A stretch of DNA of 64,000 bases from assembly GCA_964474435.1 (NCBI GenBank), contig CAYYSI010000002.1, positions 26,193 through 90,192 of the forward strand, written 5' to 3'. Below, piece after piece: positions 55,802 through 64,000 of this stretch. The DNA comes from an uncultured Candidatus Saccharibacteria bacterium (lineage in GTDB: Bacteria > Patescibacteriota > Minisyncoccia > Phycocordibacterales > UBA9973). A program made the translations under genes and the position numbers. The first letter of the stretch is position 1; each line of letters begins with the position of its first letter. The notes below the pieces were generated by a model. That model saw only the letters and a program-made list of their open reading frames with translations. It made no database searches and was not told the DNA's origin.

Positions 55802-56329
55802 ATGTTTAACACTATTGCAGCACTCGGCATCATCGCACTCCAGATTGGCATTATTGTCACCGTCATTGGCTGGGCGGCAAATGCTCGCTTTATTTCCATC
55901 ATTGCTCGTTATGCGGGTATCAGTATTGCAGTAATCTTTACATCGGCAGCACTCATGAGCTTCATCTACCAATACGGCTTTGGGTATGAGCCATGCCTCC
56001 TCTGCTGGTATCAGCGCATTGCTATATTCCCGATCGCCATCCTTGCCTGGACTGCGAATCTCCGCAAGAGTTTACTTCTCCAGACCCAGCTCCTAATTCT
56101 CTCTATTGCAGGAGCAGCGATCGCCCTCTTTCATGTCTATATCGACGTATTCCCTACAGGACTCGATGTCTGTGGCGCAACAGGACCTTCATGTCTCGTA
56201 CGCTACGTCTATGAATTTGGCTACATCACGATCCCGATGATGTCACTCACCGTCCTGTGTGCAGGTGTCCTCCTCACACTCCTTGCCAAGTACTATCCAC
56301 AGAACCAGGTTGTTGCATCTGAGAAATAA
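55802..56329 (+). CDS. dsbB: disulfide bond formation protein B (DsbB/BdbC-like)
   Basis: 4 TM; first periplasmic loop CLLCWYQR (CxxC) and second loop CGATGPSC. True start at ATG 55802, inside the longer ORF-caller frame. Confidence 0.7.
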   Translation: MFNTIAALGIIALQIGIIVTVIGWAANARFISIIARYAGISIAVIFTSAALMSFIYQYGFGYEPCLLCWYQRIAIFPIAILAWTANLRKSLLLQTQLLILSIAGAAIALFHVYIDVFPTGLDVCGATGPSCLVRYVYEFGYITIPMMSLTVLCAGVLLTLLAKYYPQNQVVASEK

Positions 56330-56498
56330 GCCTATACTTATTGATAAGTGTACATCCGTTACCTTATTCAAAGCGTCAGTGCTGGTTGAGAGTAACATCC
56401 AATTTTCCTGTTCCCCCAAGCAGCACTTTTAAAAATCCATATTATTGCTTCGGCAATTTCAAATAATAAAGGCTTCATATTTACGAAGCCTTTTCTTT

Positions 56499-57107
56499 TT
56501 AACTCAAAATCACTTTTTCAATCATCAACTCAAGTGGTGCACCGCTCTCCCACGCACGTGCGTGTGCATTCAATAATTTTTTATACAACCCAAGGTGCTG
56601 ACTTTTTTCTTTTGGATTCTTGGTCGCCATATCACGAATCTTCCAATAGAGTATGCCAATGATCGCCTCTATTGGATGCTCATCGAGTGCTGCACGATAC
56701 GCCATCCAGCGCGCCTTTTTGTCTTTGGCGGTGAGTGCAAGCGTTGCTCCAAAGATATCTGCTCCACGCGTTTCCTTTTTTATCTTTTCTTCGGTATGAA
56801 CTACTGCGCCAGCTTTTTTGAATGCGGTAATGATTGGAGACGGCAGCACCATTTCTTCAAACAAAAATATCGTTGGGCTCGCAAGGAGTTTTTTCAAAAA
56901 CACTGTATCGAGCAGTTCGGTGAGCATAAATTTCACTTGCACGATCGGTGGCGCAATTGAAAAGAGTGATGGATAGAGATACTGCTCCAGATCCATGAGT
57001 GTCCCGTATGTTTCATCAAAGACAAGTACTTCACTCTCTGGAGTAACAATGGTTGCAATATGCTGTTGTCGCTTTTGTTGCACATCGGCAACGACGAGGA
57101 AAATCAT
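56499..57107 (-). CDS. possible DNA polymerase III delta subunit (HolA-like), short form
   Basis: The N-terminal region with ...YLYPSLF... resembles the delta N-terminal domain; weak. Confidence 0.35.
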   Translation of the reverse strand: MIFLVVADVQQKRQQHIATIVTPESEVLVFDETYGTLMDLEQYLYPSLFSIAPPIVQVKFMLTELLDTVFLKKLLASPTIFLFEEMVLPSPIITAFKKAGAVVHTEEKIKKETRGADIFGATLALTAKDKKARWMAYRAALDEHPIEAIIGILYWKIRDMATKNPKEKSQHLGLYKKLLNAHARAWESGAPLELMIEKVILS

Positions 57108-57566
57108 TTATAAAATCTTGGGCACCGATGCCTGATACTTTTTATATTCTTCGCCATAGGTTCGATCAAGTATGGCTTCATATTTCTGAAACAGCATATT
57201 GGAAATAATATACCCCACCACTGTCACACCGAAAAACACGATCGATCCTGAAACCAGTGTATACCCTGTCACTAGTATCACCATCCCGAGATGTGTTGGG
57301 TTGCGCATATACCGATATGGTCCGCGGAAGAAATAAGGGTCTGATAGTTGCCCGGTCTGTGTATGATGACGCGATGTGTACTGTGCCCAAAGTATCAGGA
57401 GTGCTCCCACCCCAAAACACACGAGTGTGATCGGATTTGCAAATGGCAGGTTAATATCAAATCCAATGAGTGTGTCCACAAAGAGCCCGACAATACTGAA
57501 AATAAAGTACATAAGGTATGACTGTGCGAGAGTTCTGTGGACTGACTGTTGTTCGGGAGTATCCAT
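57108..57566 (-). CDS. isoprenylcysteine carboxyl methyltransferase (ICMT)/phospholipid methyltransferase family membrane protein
   Basis: 4 TM; FRGPYRYMRNPTHLG C-terminal signature. Confidence 0.6.
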   Translation of the reverse strand: MDTPEQQSVHRTLAQSYLMYFIFSIVGLFVDTLIGFDINLPFANPITLVCFGVGALLILWAQYTSRHHTQTGQLSDPYFFRGPYRYMRNPTHLGMVILVTGYTLVSGSIVFFGVTVVGYIISNMLFQKYEAILDRTYGEEYKKYQASVPKIL

Positions 57567-57583
57567 GCGAGTATTGTATATGG

Positions 57584-59947
57584 TTATTTGAGCTCATCAA
57601 GTCGGTGTCCCGTACCGAGTGACACTGCGAGCGGGACTGGTTCTACTGCAGACGGAATTGGGCTGCGTGCAAATACGTCGAGCATTGCCCGAGTGATGAT
57701 CTCACTTGCCTCTTGTTGTACGGACTCATGAGCTTCATAAATAAGCTCGTCGTGAATTTGGAGCGTGAGGTGAACCTTGTCTATAAGTCCTGCGCTACGG
57801 AGATCTGCATCAATGAGCAAGATCGCGATCTTTACCAAGTCCGCACTCGTGCCCTGGATCGGCGCATTGACTGCCATGCGTTCTGCGAATGCTCGGAGAA
57901 ACGGTGCACCACTTTTGATTGCCGGAAAATATCTGCGTCGTCCAAATATTGTTTCTGTATAGCCATACTCTCGAGCAAATTCCTTGGTTGACTCGAGGTA
58001 TGCGGCAATGGTTGGGAATGTTTTGAAATAGTCTTCGTAGTACTGCGCTGCTTCGACACGAGTTGATCCCAAGTTTTTCTGCAGTGCGCTCACACCCATC
58101 CCGTAGAGTATGCCGAAGTTAATAACCTTGGCCTTGCGGCGCATATCGTTCGTCACCTCATGTGGTTCTACTTTGAACATCGCTGCAGCAACACGCGTAT
58201 GGATATCTTCGGCTCGCTCAAAGGTGTCGATGAGTTGTTTGTCACGAGAGAGCATGGCGAGGACTCGAAGTTCAATTTGAGAATAATCACTCCCCACAAA
58301 GACATGTCCTTTGCGTGCCATCATCCCGTGACGGATCTCCTTGCCGCCCTCGCCTTTTGCGGGAATATTTTGCAGGTTTGGATTGGTCGAAGAAAATCGC
58401 CCCGTCGTCGTCCCGTGTTGCAAAAATGTCCCATGCACACAGCCGTCGTCTTTTACATGTTCAAGGAGCGCTTCGACATACGTACTGAGGAGTTTTTGCA
58501 CTTCACGATGCTCAAGAATTTTTGCGACTACGGGATGCTCGTCGACAAGTGTTTCCAGTGTTTCTGCATTAGTCGTGTATGCGCCACTCGCCTTTTGCTT
58601 ACCCTTTGGTTTGAGCCCAAGGGTCACAAACAAGAGTTCAGAAAGTTGTTTGGGAGAGTTGAGATTCACCGTTGTACCAGTGAGGCTACTCACTTCTTTT
58701 TCAATACCAGCAAGTTGTCCCTGCATGCGATCACGCAGTCCTTTGAAATAGTCTTGATCAATACAAATCCCCCACGCCTGCATGTCTGCAATGATCGGGA
58801 TCAGCGGCTCTTCGAGTTTCTCATAGAGGTCAAGGAGATTTTTCTTTTTTAATTCTCCAAGAATTGCGTCGTATGCTTCTTGCAGTGTTTTCTTGCGAGT
58901 GCGATCGAGAATTGCGTCGTATCCAGGATTCGTATTTTCGGAATACAGTACCCAGAGCGCGATCGATGCGCGGCGCAAAAGTTCCGGATCCACTTCTTCG
59001 GTTGGACCAGTCTCCTCGAATGCAAAAAGTTTCTTGATGCGCGGAAGCAAACTTCGGAATTCATATTCAGTCACCGTCGCAAGCACTTTTTCTTGATTGA
59101 TTGATTCACGATAGCTGTGTTCGGGCAATGTGTATGTCACTGGCGCATCACGACGGATTGTGGCAAGTGTCTTTGAAAAGAATGCATCGTCCTTGTGCTC
59201 GAGCAATATAGCGAGCATGCGATCAGAGAGTGCTGCTTTTTTTGCATTTGCAGGATCTTTTTCAATTGCCTCATAGAGTCCTTCGATTGAGCCAAATGTT
59301 TGGATGATAGTCGTTGCGGTTTTTTCTCCAATACCTTTTACTCCAATGATGTTGTCGGACGGATCTCCGCGAAGGCCTTTGTAGTCGACGAGCTGGAGTG
59401 GCTTGAATCCGTAGCGCGCAACAACTGCGTCTTCGTCATAGATAACAGTATCCGTGATTCCTTTTTTGAGTGTAAATACTCGGATCTTGGTTCCTTCGAC
59501 AAGCTGGAGGGTGTCCATATCCCCCGACGCAATAATGATCGAAAGGTTTGGATCATTTCGGTATTGCTCGACAAGTGTCCCGATCACATCATCTGCCTCA
59601 AATCCTTCTGCATCCAAACACGGCACCCCAAATGCCTCAAAGAGTCCGCGCGAGCTCTGCAACTGCGCAACGAGATCATCTTCTGCTTTTACTCTTCCTT
59701 TTTTGTAGTCATCATATGCGAGGTGTCGAAAGGTGGGTTTCGGCAAGTCATATGCTGCGACGATATAGTCCGGTTTCAATTCTTCAACAATCCGGATGAG
59801 CATGGCAGTGATGCCATAGAGTGCACCAGTTGGTATACCTGCGGCGTTCGCAAAGTTTGGGAGTGCATGATACGCGCGATGAATGATCGCGTGTGCGTCG
59901 AGGATGACGAGTGTTTTGCTGTCAGATTTTTTCGCTGTTTTATTCAT
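57584..59947 (-). CDS. polA: DNA polymerase I (5'-3' nuclease plus polymerase domains; no obvious 3'-5' exonuclease domain)
   Basis: N-terminal FEN-like domain (LVILDAHAIIHRAYHAL), polymerase motifs A (DYSQIELR), B (RRKAKVINFGILYG) and C (QIHDEL); 787 aa. Confidence 0.9.
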   Translation of the reverse strand: MNKTAKKSDSKTLVILDAHAIIHRAYHALPNFANAAGIPTGALYGITAMLIRIVEELKPDYIVAAYDLPKPTFRHLAYDDYKKGRVKAEDDLVAQLQSSRGLFEAFGVPCLDAEGFEADDVIGTLVEQYRNDPNLSIIIASGDMDTLQLVEGTKIRVFTLKKGITDTVIYDEDAVVARYGFKPLQLVDYKGLRGDPSDNIIGVKGIGEKTATTIIQTFGSIEGLYEAIEKDPANAKKAALSDRMLAILLEHKDDAFFSKTLATIRRDAPVTYTLPEHSYRESINQEKVLATVTEYEFRSLLPRIKKLFAFEETGPTEEVDPELLRRASIALWVLYSENTNPGYDAILDRTRKKTLQEAYDAILGELKKKNLLDLYEKLEEPLIPIIADMQAWGICIDQDYFKGLRDRMQGQLAGIEKEVSSLTGTTVNLNSPKQLSELLFVTLGLKPKGKQKASGAYTTNAETLETLVDEHPVVAKILEHREVQKLLSTYVEALLEHVKDDGCVHGTFLQHGTTTGRFSSTNPNLQNIPAKGEGGKEIRHGMMARKGHVFVGSDYSQIELRVLAMLSRDKQLIDTFERAEDIHTRVAAAMFKVEPHEVTNDMRRKAKVINFGILYGMGVSALQKNLGSTRVEAAQYYEDYFKTFPTIAAYLESTKEFAREYGYTETIFGRRRYFPAIKSGAPFLRAFAERMAVNAPIQGTSADLVKIAILLIDADLRSAGLIDKVHLTLQIHDELIYEAHESVQQEASEIITRAMLDVFARSPIPSAVEPVPLAVSLGTGHRLDELK

Positions 59948-60372
59948 AAGGTTTTAATATGGCGCCCAGTTTCAGTATGCGAAATACTATATCGCTGTAC
60001 ACTTTCTGGAAGTGCATCGACAATTCGCTCTGGCCACTCAACGATCACAAGTGTGTTGGGTGTACTAATAAGTGTTTCCCAGCCAAGCGGTACAAGCTCT
60101 CCAACATCTTCTATTCTGTACGCATCAATATGTACTAACTGACTCCATGCTGGATCAGCAGTTTCGTAGTATTTTGCAATCACAAAGGTAGGACTCACGA
60201 CTGTTTCGTGCACCCCTAGCTCTCGTGCGATCGCTTGGACCAGTGTCGTCTTGCCGGCTCCTAGGTCGCCAGTAAGTCCTACTACTGTCGCAGCGCCTTC
60301 TGTGGGCTGTATATGCTCGAGTACTGCCTTGGCGGTCTGTACGACTTCGGCTTCTGTATAGTGGAAATCCAT
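59944..60372 (-). CDS. tsaE: tRNA t6A37 threonylcarbamoyladenosine biosynthesis ATPase TsaE
   Basis: Walker A LTGDLGAGKTTLV and YjeE-family length and pattern; overlaps the polA start by 4 nt. Confidence 0.75.
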   Translation of the reverse strand: MDFHYTEAEVVQTAKAVLEHIQPTEGAATVVGLTGDLGAGKTTLVQAIARELGVHETVVSPTFVIAKYYETADPAWSQLVHIDAYRIEDVGELVPLGWETLISTPNTLVIVEWPERIVDALPESVQRYSISHTETGRHIKTL

Positions 60373-60385
60373 ATCCGGATTCTAA

Positions 60386-60420
60386 CACAAAACACCCCCT
60401 TCAATTGAAGGGGGTGTTTT
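60386..60420. terminator. bidirectional terminator
   Basis: ACACCCCTTC-aatt-GAAGGGGGTGT hairpin flanked by A- and T-runs. Confidence 0.7.
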
Positions 60421-60434
60421 TGAGAGACCAAATA

Positions 60435-62405
60435 TTACGCAGAGGTATTTTTTCGGTAGAGGTGTCGTCCGAGGACGATAAGTGCAAGAATGATGAGTAT
60501 GAGAAGCAACCATCCGAGAAGTGTTGTTGGGAGGAATGCTCCGAACCCAAACACACTCGCTCCGAGGAGGTTAGGACAATCGTCAGACACCGTGATCAAT
60601 GAGTATGCAATTGCATCTTCTTGAGCATGGGTATGAGTGTTCGTGTACACCACAGTTGCAGTTGCAACAGTGAGATTACCACGGATTGCAGTATCGTTTA
60701 CTCGAGCGTGGATCGTGATCGTTCCCTGCTCTCCTGCACGTACGTTGCCCATATCAATCGTCAATGTTCGATCAACAACATCATATTCACCGCGTGAAGC
60801 TGAGAGGTATGAGATCTCCTTTGGATGATTGAATCGGAGTACGGTGTTTTCAAGTGTTTGACTTGAGATGTTGCGGTACGTGATGGTGTAATCCATCGCG
60901 CCGTTTACACACATGTGGTCATATGCACTTTCGACACGAAGCTCAAGGAGTGATGGAGCACTTTGTGCTACCACAACACTTGTCGTTGTCGGTCGTACAA
61001 TCACTGGAGTTACAACTGTCGTTCGTGTTGTCTGAAATCGAACAGTATCGCCGTAGGCAGTACCATTTTCATTTCGAACAACTGCACGATAGTAGTACAC
61101 ACCACCTGGGACAAGTCCTGAAACAACGTCACTGTAGTACTGTGAGGCATCGCCACTTTGTACTGACTGCGCATTTGTTCGGTTGCCAAATGATCCGCTT
61201 GTGCCCCATTCAAACCATGCAGTAGTACTGCGAGTTGTATGAGGAACTGCGATACCATTCAATCGAGCCTGTGTGCCACCAAGGATGGCTGCAACAGTTG
61301 TGATCGCCTGTGGCTGTGAAGAAACTTCAACATTGTTTACGCGAACTGTCACAGTATCTGTTTCAGTATCGCCATTGTTACAATACACGCGAAGTGTGTA
61401 ACTTGTTGTTGAATACGGACTCACACTCACTGATCCATCTTCGTTGCGCTCTCCTGAGAGAGAACTGATCGTTACGTAGTCGACATCCCCTGATGTATTC
61501 CATCGGAGTGTAGAACTATTTCCACGATCAATAGATGATGGTGATGCAGTGAATGAGTCAACCTCACACTGAGTGTTGTTTCGGTCATCAACGTTGATAG
61601 TAACGGTGTCTGTATCTCCAAGGTTGCCATTATCATCATACGCACGAAGTGTGTATGTGGTAGTACTTGTTGGATGTACAGTACGGTTGCCGTCAGCATT
61701 GAGTTCACCTGATACAGTACTGAGTGTGACATGATCACAGTCAGTTGTATTCCATGTGAGGTATGCTGAGTCACCTTCGTCGATTGAGTAATCATCGGCA
61801 TCAAAGGTATTGATTTCACAATCGTTGTTTGTCTGGGTATTGTTGTTACTTACCTTAAACTGCGCAGTGATTGTTCCCTGAGTATCCCATCCTGGAGAAA
61901 CGTTTCCGATTGGAAGACCGTCTCCAAAGAGAGCTGATTCATTTGACACAGTGTATCCACCTGACTGACCATGAATATATGCACGGACAGTTCCAGGGAT
62001 AAAGCTGATCGTCTGACTAGAACCAAGAGTTACTGTTGCAGAACCTGTTGCCGGAGCAATCGTAGTTGATGCAACCGCACCCTTAAAGGTAATAGTTGTT
62101 CCAGCACTACTGTTTCTTGGAGACATACCAACTTGGGTATCTTCTGCAAGGGTCGCAGTTGAGTTATGGAAATATACCTGAACCCCAATCGTGTCGCCTG
62201 GGTTAGCAGTCACCGAAGTGTGCCAACATCCAGCGCCTGGTCCTGATTCACAACCACCATTTTGGGTGATGTTGGTAACCATGACCGTCGGCAAGTCGCC
62301 TGGGTCGGTATTAAATTTGTCTACTGCATACGCAACCTGGCTCGTCATAACGAAACCAAGAAGGATGAGCATTGTTGTAATAATCTTTTTCATATTTTTT
62401 ATCAT
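60435..62405 (-). CDS. large secreted surface protein with tandem repeats and a C-terminal membrane anchor
   Basis: Signal peptide; two about 85-aa tandem repeats (CEINTFDADDYSIDEGDSAYLTWNTTDCDHVTLS... and CEVDSFTASPSSIDRGNSSTLRWNTSGDVDYVTIS...); FN3-like YYYRAVVRNENG; C-terminal FLPTTLLG plus TM plus basic tail. Confidence 0.6.
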   Translation of the reverse strand: MIKNMKKIITTMLILLGFVMTSQVAYAVDKFNTDPGDLPTVMVTNITQNGGCESGPGAGCWHTSVTANPGDTIGVQVYFHNSTATLAEDTQVGMSPRNSSAGTTITFKGAVASTTIAPATGSATVTLGSSQTISFIPGTVRAYIHGQSGGYTVSNESALFGDGLPIGNVSPGWDTQGTITAQFKVSNNNTQTNNDCEINTFDADDYSIDEGDSAYLTWNTTDCDHVTLSTVSGELNADGNRTVHPTSTTTYTLRAYDDNGNLGDTDTVTINVDDRNNTQCEVDSFTASPSSIDRGNSSTLRWNTSGDVDYVTISSLSGERNEDGSVSVSPYSTTSYTLRVYCNNGDTETDTVTVRVNNVEVSSQPQAITTVAAILGGTQARLNGIAVPHTTRSTTAWFEWGTSGSFGNRTNAQSVQSGDASQYYSDVVSGLVPGGVYYYRAVVRNENGTAYGDTVRFQTTRTTVVTPVIVRPTTTSVVVAQSAPSLLELRVESAYDHMCVNGAMDYTITYRNISSQTLENTVLRFNHPKEISYLSASRGEYDVVDRTLTIDMGNVRAGEQGTITIHARVNDTAIRGNLTVATATVVYTNTHTHAQEDAIAYSLITVSDDCPNLLGASVFGFGAFLPTTLLGWLLLILIILALIVLGRHLYRKNTSA

Positions 62406-62464
62406 TCTCGTCTTTTAATTCGACTAAATACATCATATCATATTATAGAAATAAGTCAAGTATA

Positions 62465-62492
62465 GAAAAAGGCGACTCTGTAAAGAGTCGCC
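62465..62492 (-). terminator. terminator downstream of the 62519-63712 gene
   Basis: GGCGACTC-tgtaaa-GAGTCGCC hairpin followed by a T-run on the minus strand. Confidence 0.65.
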
Positions 62493-62518
62493 TTATAGAT
62501 TTTCATGCAGAAACCACC

Positions 62519-63712
62519 TCAATATCCCCCACGTCCAACCAGACCGACGCTTTGAACAGACCTGCTGTTGTCATAAAGGCCATATGCCCCATTGTTTGTT
62601 GAGTTTACCCCACTGTACCCATTACCGTTTAGTAAAACACCAGTGTTATTGGGATAAATATGGGGGGCAAGTTGGCCACCACCATTGTCATACATACCTG
62701 GCTGGAATTGTCCGGCAATGTTGTTGAGGTTAGTACCTCCACTCCATGGAGTGTTCAGGTCATAGCCGTTACCACCTCCGTTATTACCAAGGATATTATT
62801 CCTGATATTGTACGTTGGTGCCATACCAAAGATTTGCATCTTTATTGTTGCTGGATTATACGCAGTTTTCAGACTCGATAAACCTATTGCGCCTTTGTAG
62901 AAAAGATCACCCACAGTATTTACCCAGTCAATCGCTCTTGTCTTTTGAACGTATTCGATTCTCTGAACTCCGTCTCCAGAATAATTTTGCCGACGATCGT
63001 CACGATCATCCCGGATGTTGAGTGTCGAAACTCCGCCCCCACCACCTGGAGATAACGTATTATTGTTATTCCCACTGACAGTGATGTAAATGTCTCCACC
63101 TGGATTTGAAGCGAACTTGGCATATGGATTTTTCTTAACCGCTACATATTCTTCAGGGTTTTCCGCTGGACCAGGATCTGGTTGCGGTACTTTCCCTACA
63201 ATAGTAGTAGGTGACATCAGATTCGCACACTTAAGTGACATAAAACATTTGCCACGAAACCATAAGAATACTTCACCGGGTTCAGGATCTCTCCCTCCCC
63301 ATTTGATTGTTTGAAGATCAGGGCTCCATCGTGACATTTCATAAGTTGAATTTTCACTTTTCATAAACCCTGTTGGGGCCGGACCAATCACCATTTCGTC
63401 ATAAATTTGACGAGCGGTAATAGTAGAATCCTGGTGATTGTAACGATTTATATCCACTATTTTTTGTGGCATATCGTTTATCATAAAGATCCTGCTTTCC
63501 TCTCCCTTACCAAACCGGATAAATTCATCGTAAAGATCTCTCTTAAAATCTTCGAATGTTGCCTTAGTTGTCCCGTAAAAATCACGGTAATTTGTTCTGA
63601 ATCCTCCGTGTTCACGGGGCGGATCCAGTAATGGATTTATTGTTGTTTCTGCATGTAGGATTTGTGATGCAAATAATATCAGCATCAGGATCCATTTTGA
63701 AAGAGCGTTCAT
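62519..63712 (-). CDS. secreted hypothetical protein with a Gly/Asn-rich C-terminal half
   Basis: Signal peptide (MNALSKWILMLILFASQILHA); C-terminal half is low-complexity N/G-rich (GNNGGGNGYDLN...); no homology recognised. Confidence 0.5.
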   Translation of the reverse strand: MNALSKWILMLILFASQILHAETTINPLLDPPREHGGFRTNYRDFYGTTKATFEDFKRDLYDEFIRFGKGEESRIFMINDMPQKIVDINRYNHQDSTITARQIYDEMVIGPAPTGFMKSENSTYEMSRWSPDLQTIKWGGRDPEPGEVFLWFRGKCFMSLKCANLMSPTTIVGKVPQPDPGPAENPEEYVAVKKNPYAKFASNPGGDIYITVSGNNNNTLSPGGGGGVSTLNIRDDRDDRRQNYSGDGVQRIEYVQKTRAIDWVNTVGDLFYKGAIGLSSLKTAYNPATIKMQIFGMAPTYNIRNNILGNNGGGNGYDLNTPWSGGTNLNNIAGQFQPGMYDNGGGQLAPHIYPNNTGVLLNGNGYSGVNSTNNGAYGLYDNSRSVQSVGLVGRGGY

Positions 63713-63869
63713 AAAGAAAAATTTAATTGTTTACAATGTTGTGATTTCTTTTTATTTCTAACGTATCATAGCATATATAATAGATATTGTCAATCACCTT
63801 ACCTGGACCATTTTCTGGGGTCAAATTAGCCCTTATGTTGGGTCATTTTAGAGGGACATGCGGTATACT

Positions 63870-64000
63870 ATGAGCACAATGGTTCACTTTGATGAAGAAG
63901 AACAACAAAAGCGCTTTTCTACCCTTCGTACTGAGGAAGAAGAGGACTTGGTAGCAATGCTTGCACAGACACGATACGGCATTTCGTCAGTTGACCTCTC
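63870..64000 (+). CDS. start of a GspE/PilB-type secretion ATPase (N-terminal T2SSE_N-like domain); gene continues beyond the window
   Basis: MSTMVHFDEEEQQKRFSTLRTEEEEDLVAMLAQTRYGISSVDL resembles the N-terminal domain of type IV pilus / type II secretion assembly ATPases; only about 43 codons visible. Confidence 0.35.
   Translation, partial: MSTMVHFDEEEQQKRFSTLRTEEEEDLVAMLAQTRYGISSVDL

Noticed and set aside
55472-56329. 285-aa plus-strand ORF overlapping the thioredoxin-like gene
   Set aside because: The first 110 codons are an alternative frame of the Trx gene; the DsbB homology and first TM helix begin at ATG 55802.
1-64000. CRISPR arrays, transposases, integrases, rRNA genes
   Set aside because: I looked for regularly spaced direct repeats, DDE or tyrosine-recombinase motifs, and rRNA-like conserved stretches and found none. 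The only mobile-type gene is the LAGLIDADG endonuclease.

Overview
This is a gene-dense segment of about 48% GC, with almost no intergenic space, that looks like a reduced-genome bacterium. A Candidate Phyla Radiation / Patescibacteria-like organism is an inference from the short aminoacyl-tRNA synthetases, the truncated PheS and MetRS, and the many small membrane and DUF proteins. Most of the content is housekeeping.

- **Translation:** metG, glyQS, ileS, argS, pheS and pheT; ribosomal proteins S6, S18, L11, L19 and S20; EF-P, NusG and SecE; eight tRNA genes (His-GTG, Leu-GAG, Val-TAC, Arg-TCT, Ser-TGA, Arg-GCG, Lys-TTT); a standalone CsaA-like tRNA-binding protein; TsaE; TrhO; and a SpoU methyltransferase.
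- **DNA metabolism:** the RecA C-terminus, SSB, RecO-like, RuvA, RuvX, Pol I, dUTPase, ThyA, DHFR and Ndk.
- **Envelope and transport:** MacAB-like ABC efflux, an MsbA-like exporter, two AI-2E transporters, ZIP, MscL, VKOR, a Trx-DsbB pair, and MsrA/MsrB.

The features that stand out are:
- an isoleucyl-tRNA synthetase carrying an apparently intact PGAM-type histidine-phosphatase domain inserted in its catalytic core, preceded by a T-box leader;
- a free-standing LAGLIDADG homing-endonuclease gene whose stop codon sits 1 nt from tRNA-Leu;
- a 23-bp inverted-repeat element between ndk and the next gene;
- a thymidylate-metabolism cluster (dut, thyA, folA) holding an internally duplicated DUF1599-like protein and a ThyA with an unusual ~40-aa insertion;
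- a GC-rich PilM/FtsA-like gene flanked by tRNAs;
- an RNA polymerase alpha-CTD-like mini-protein between pheS and pheT;
- a tRNA-Arg with the rare GCG anticodon.

No CRISPR array, transposase or rRNA gene is present.
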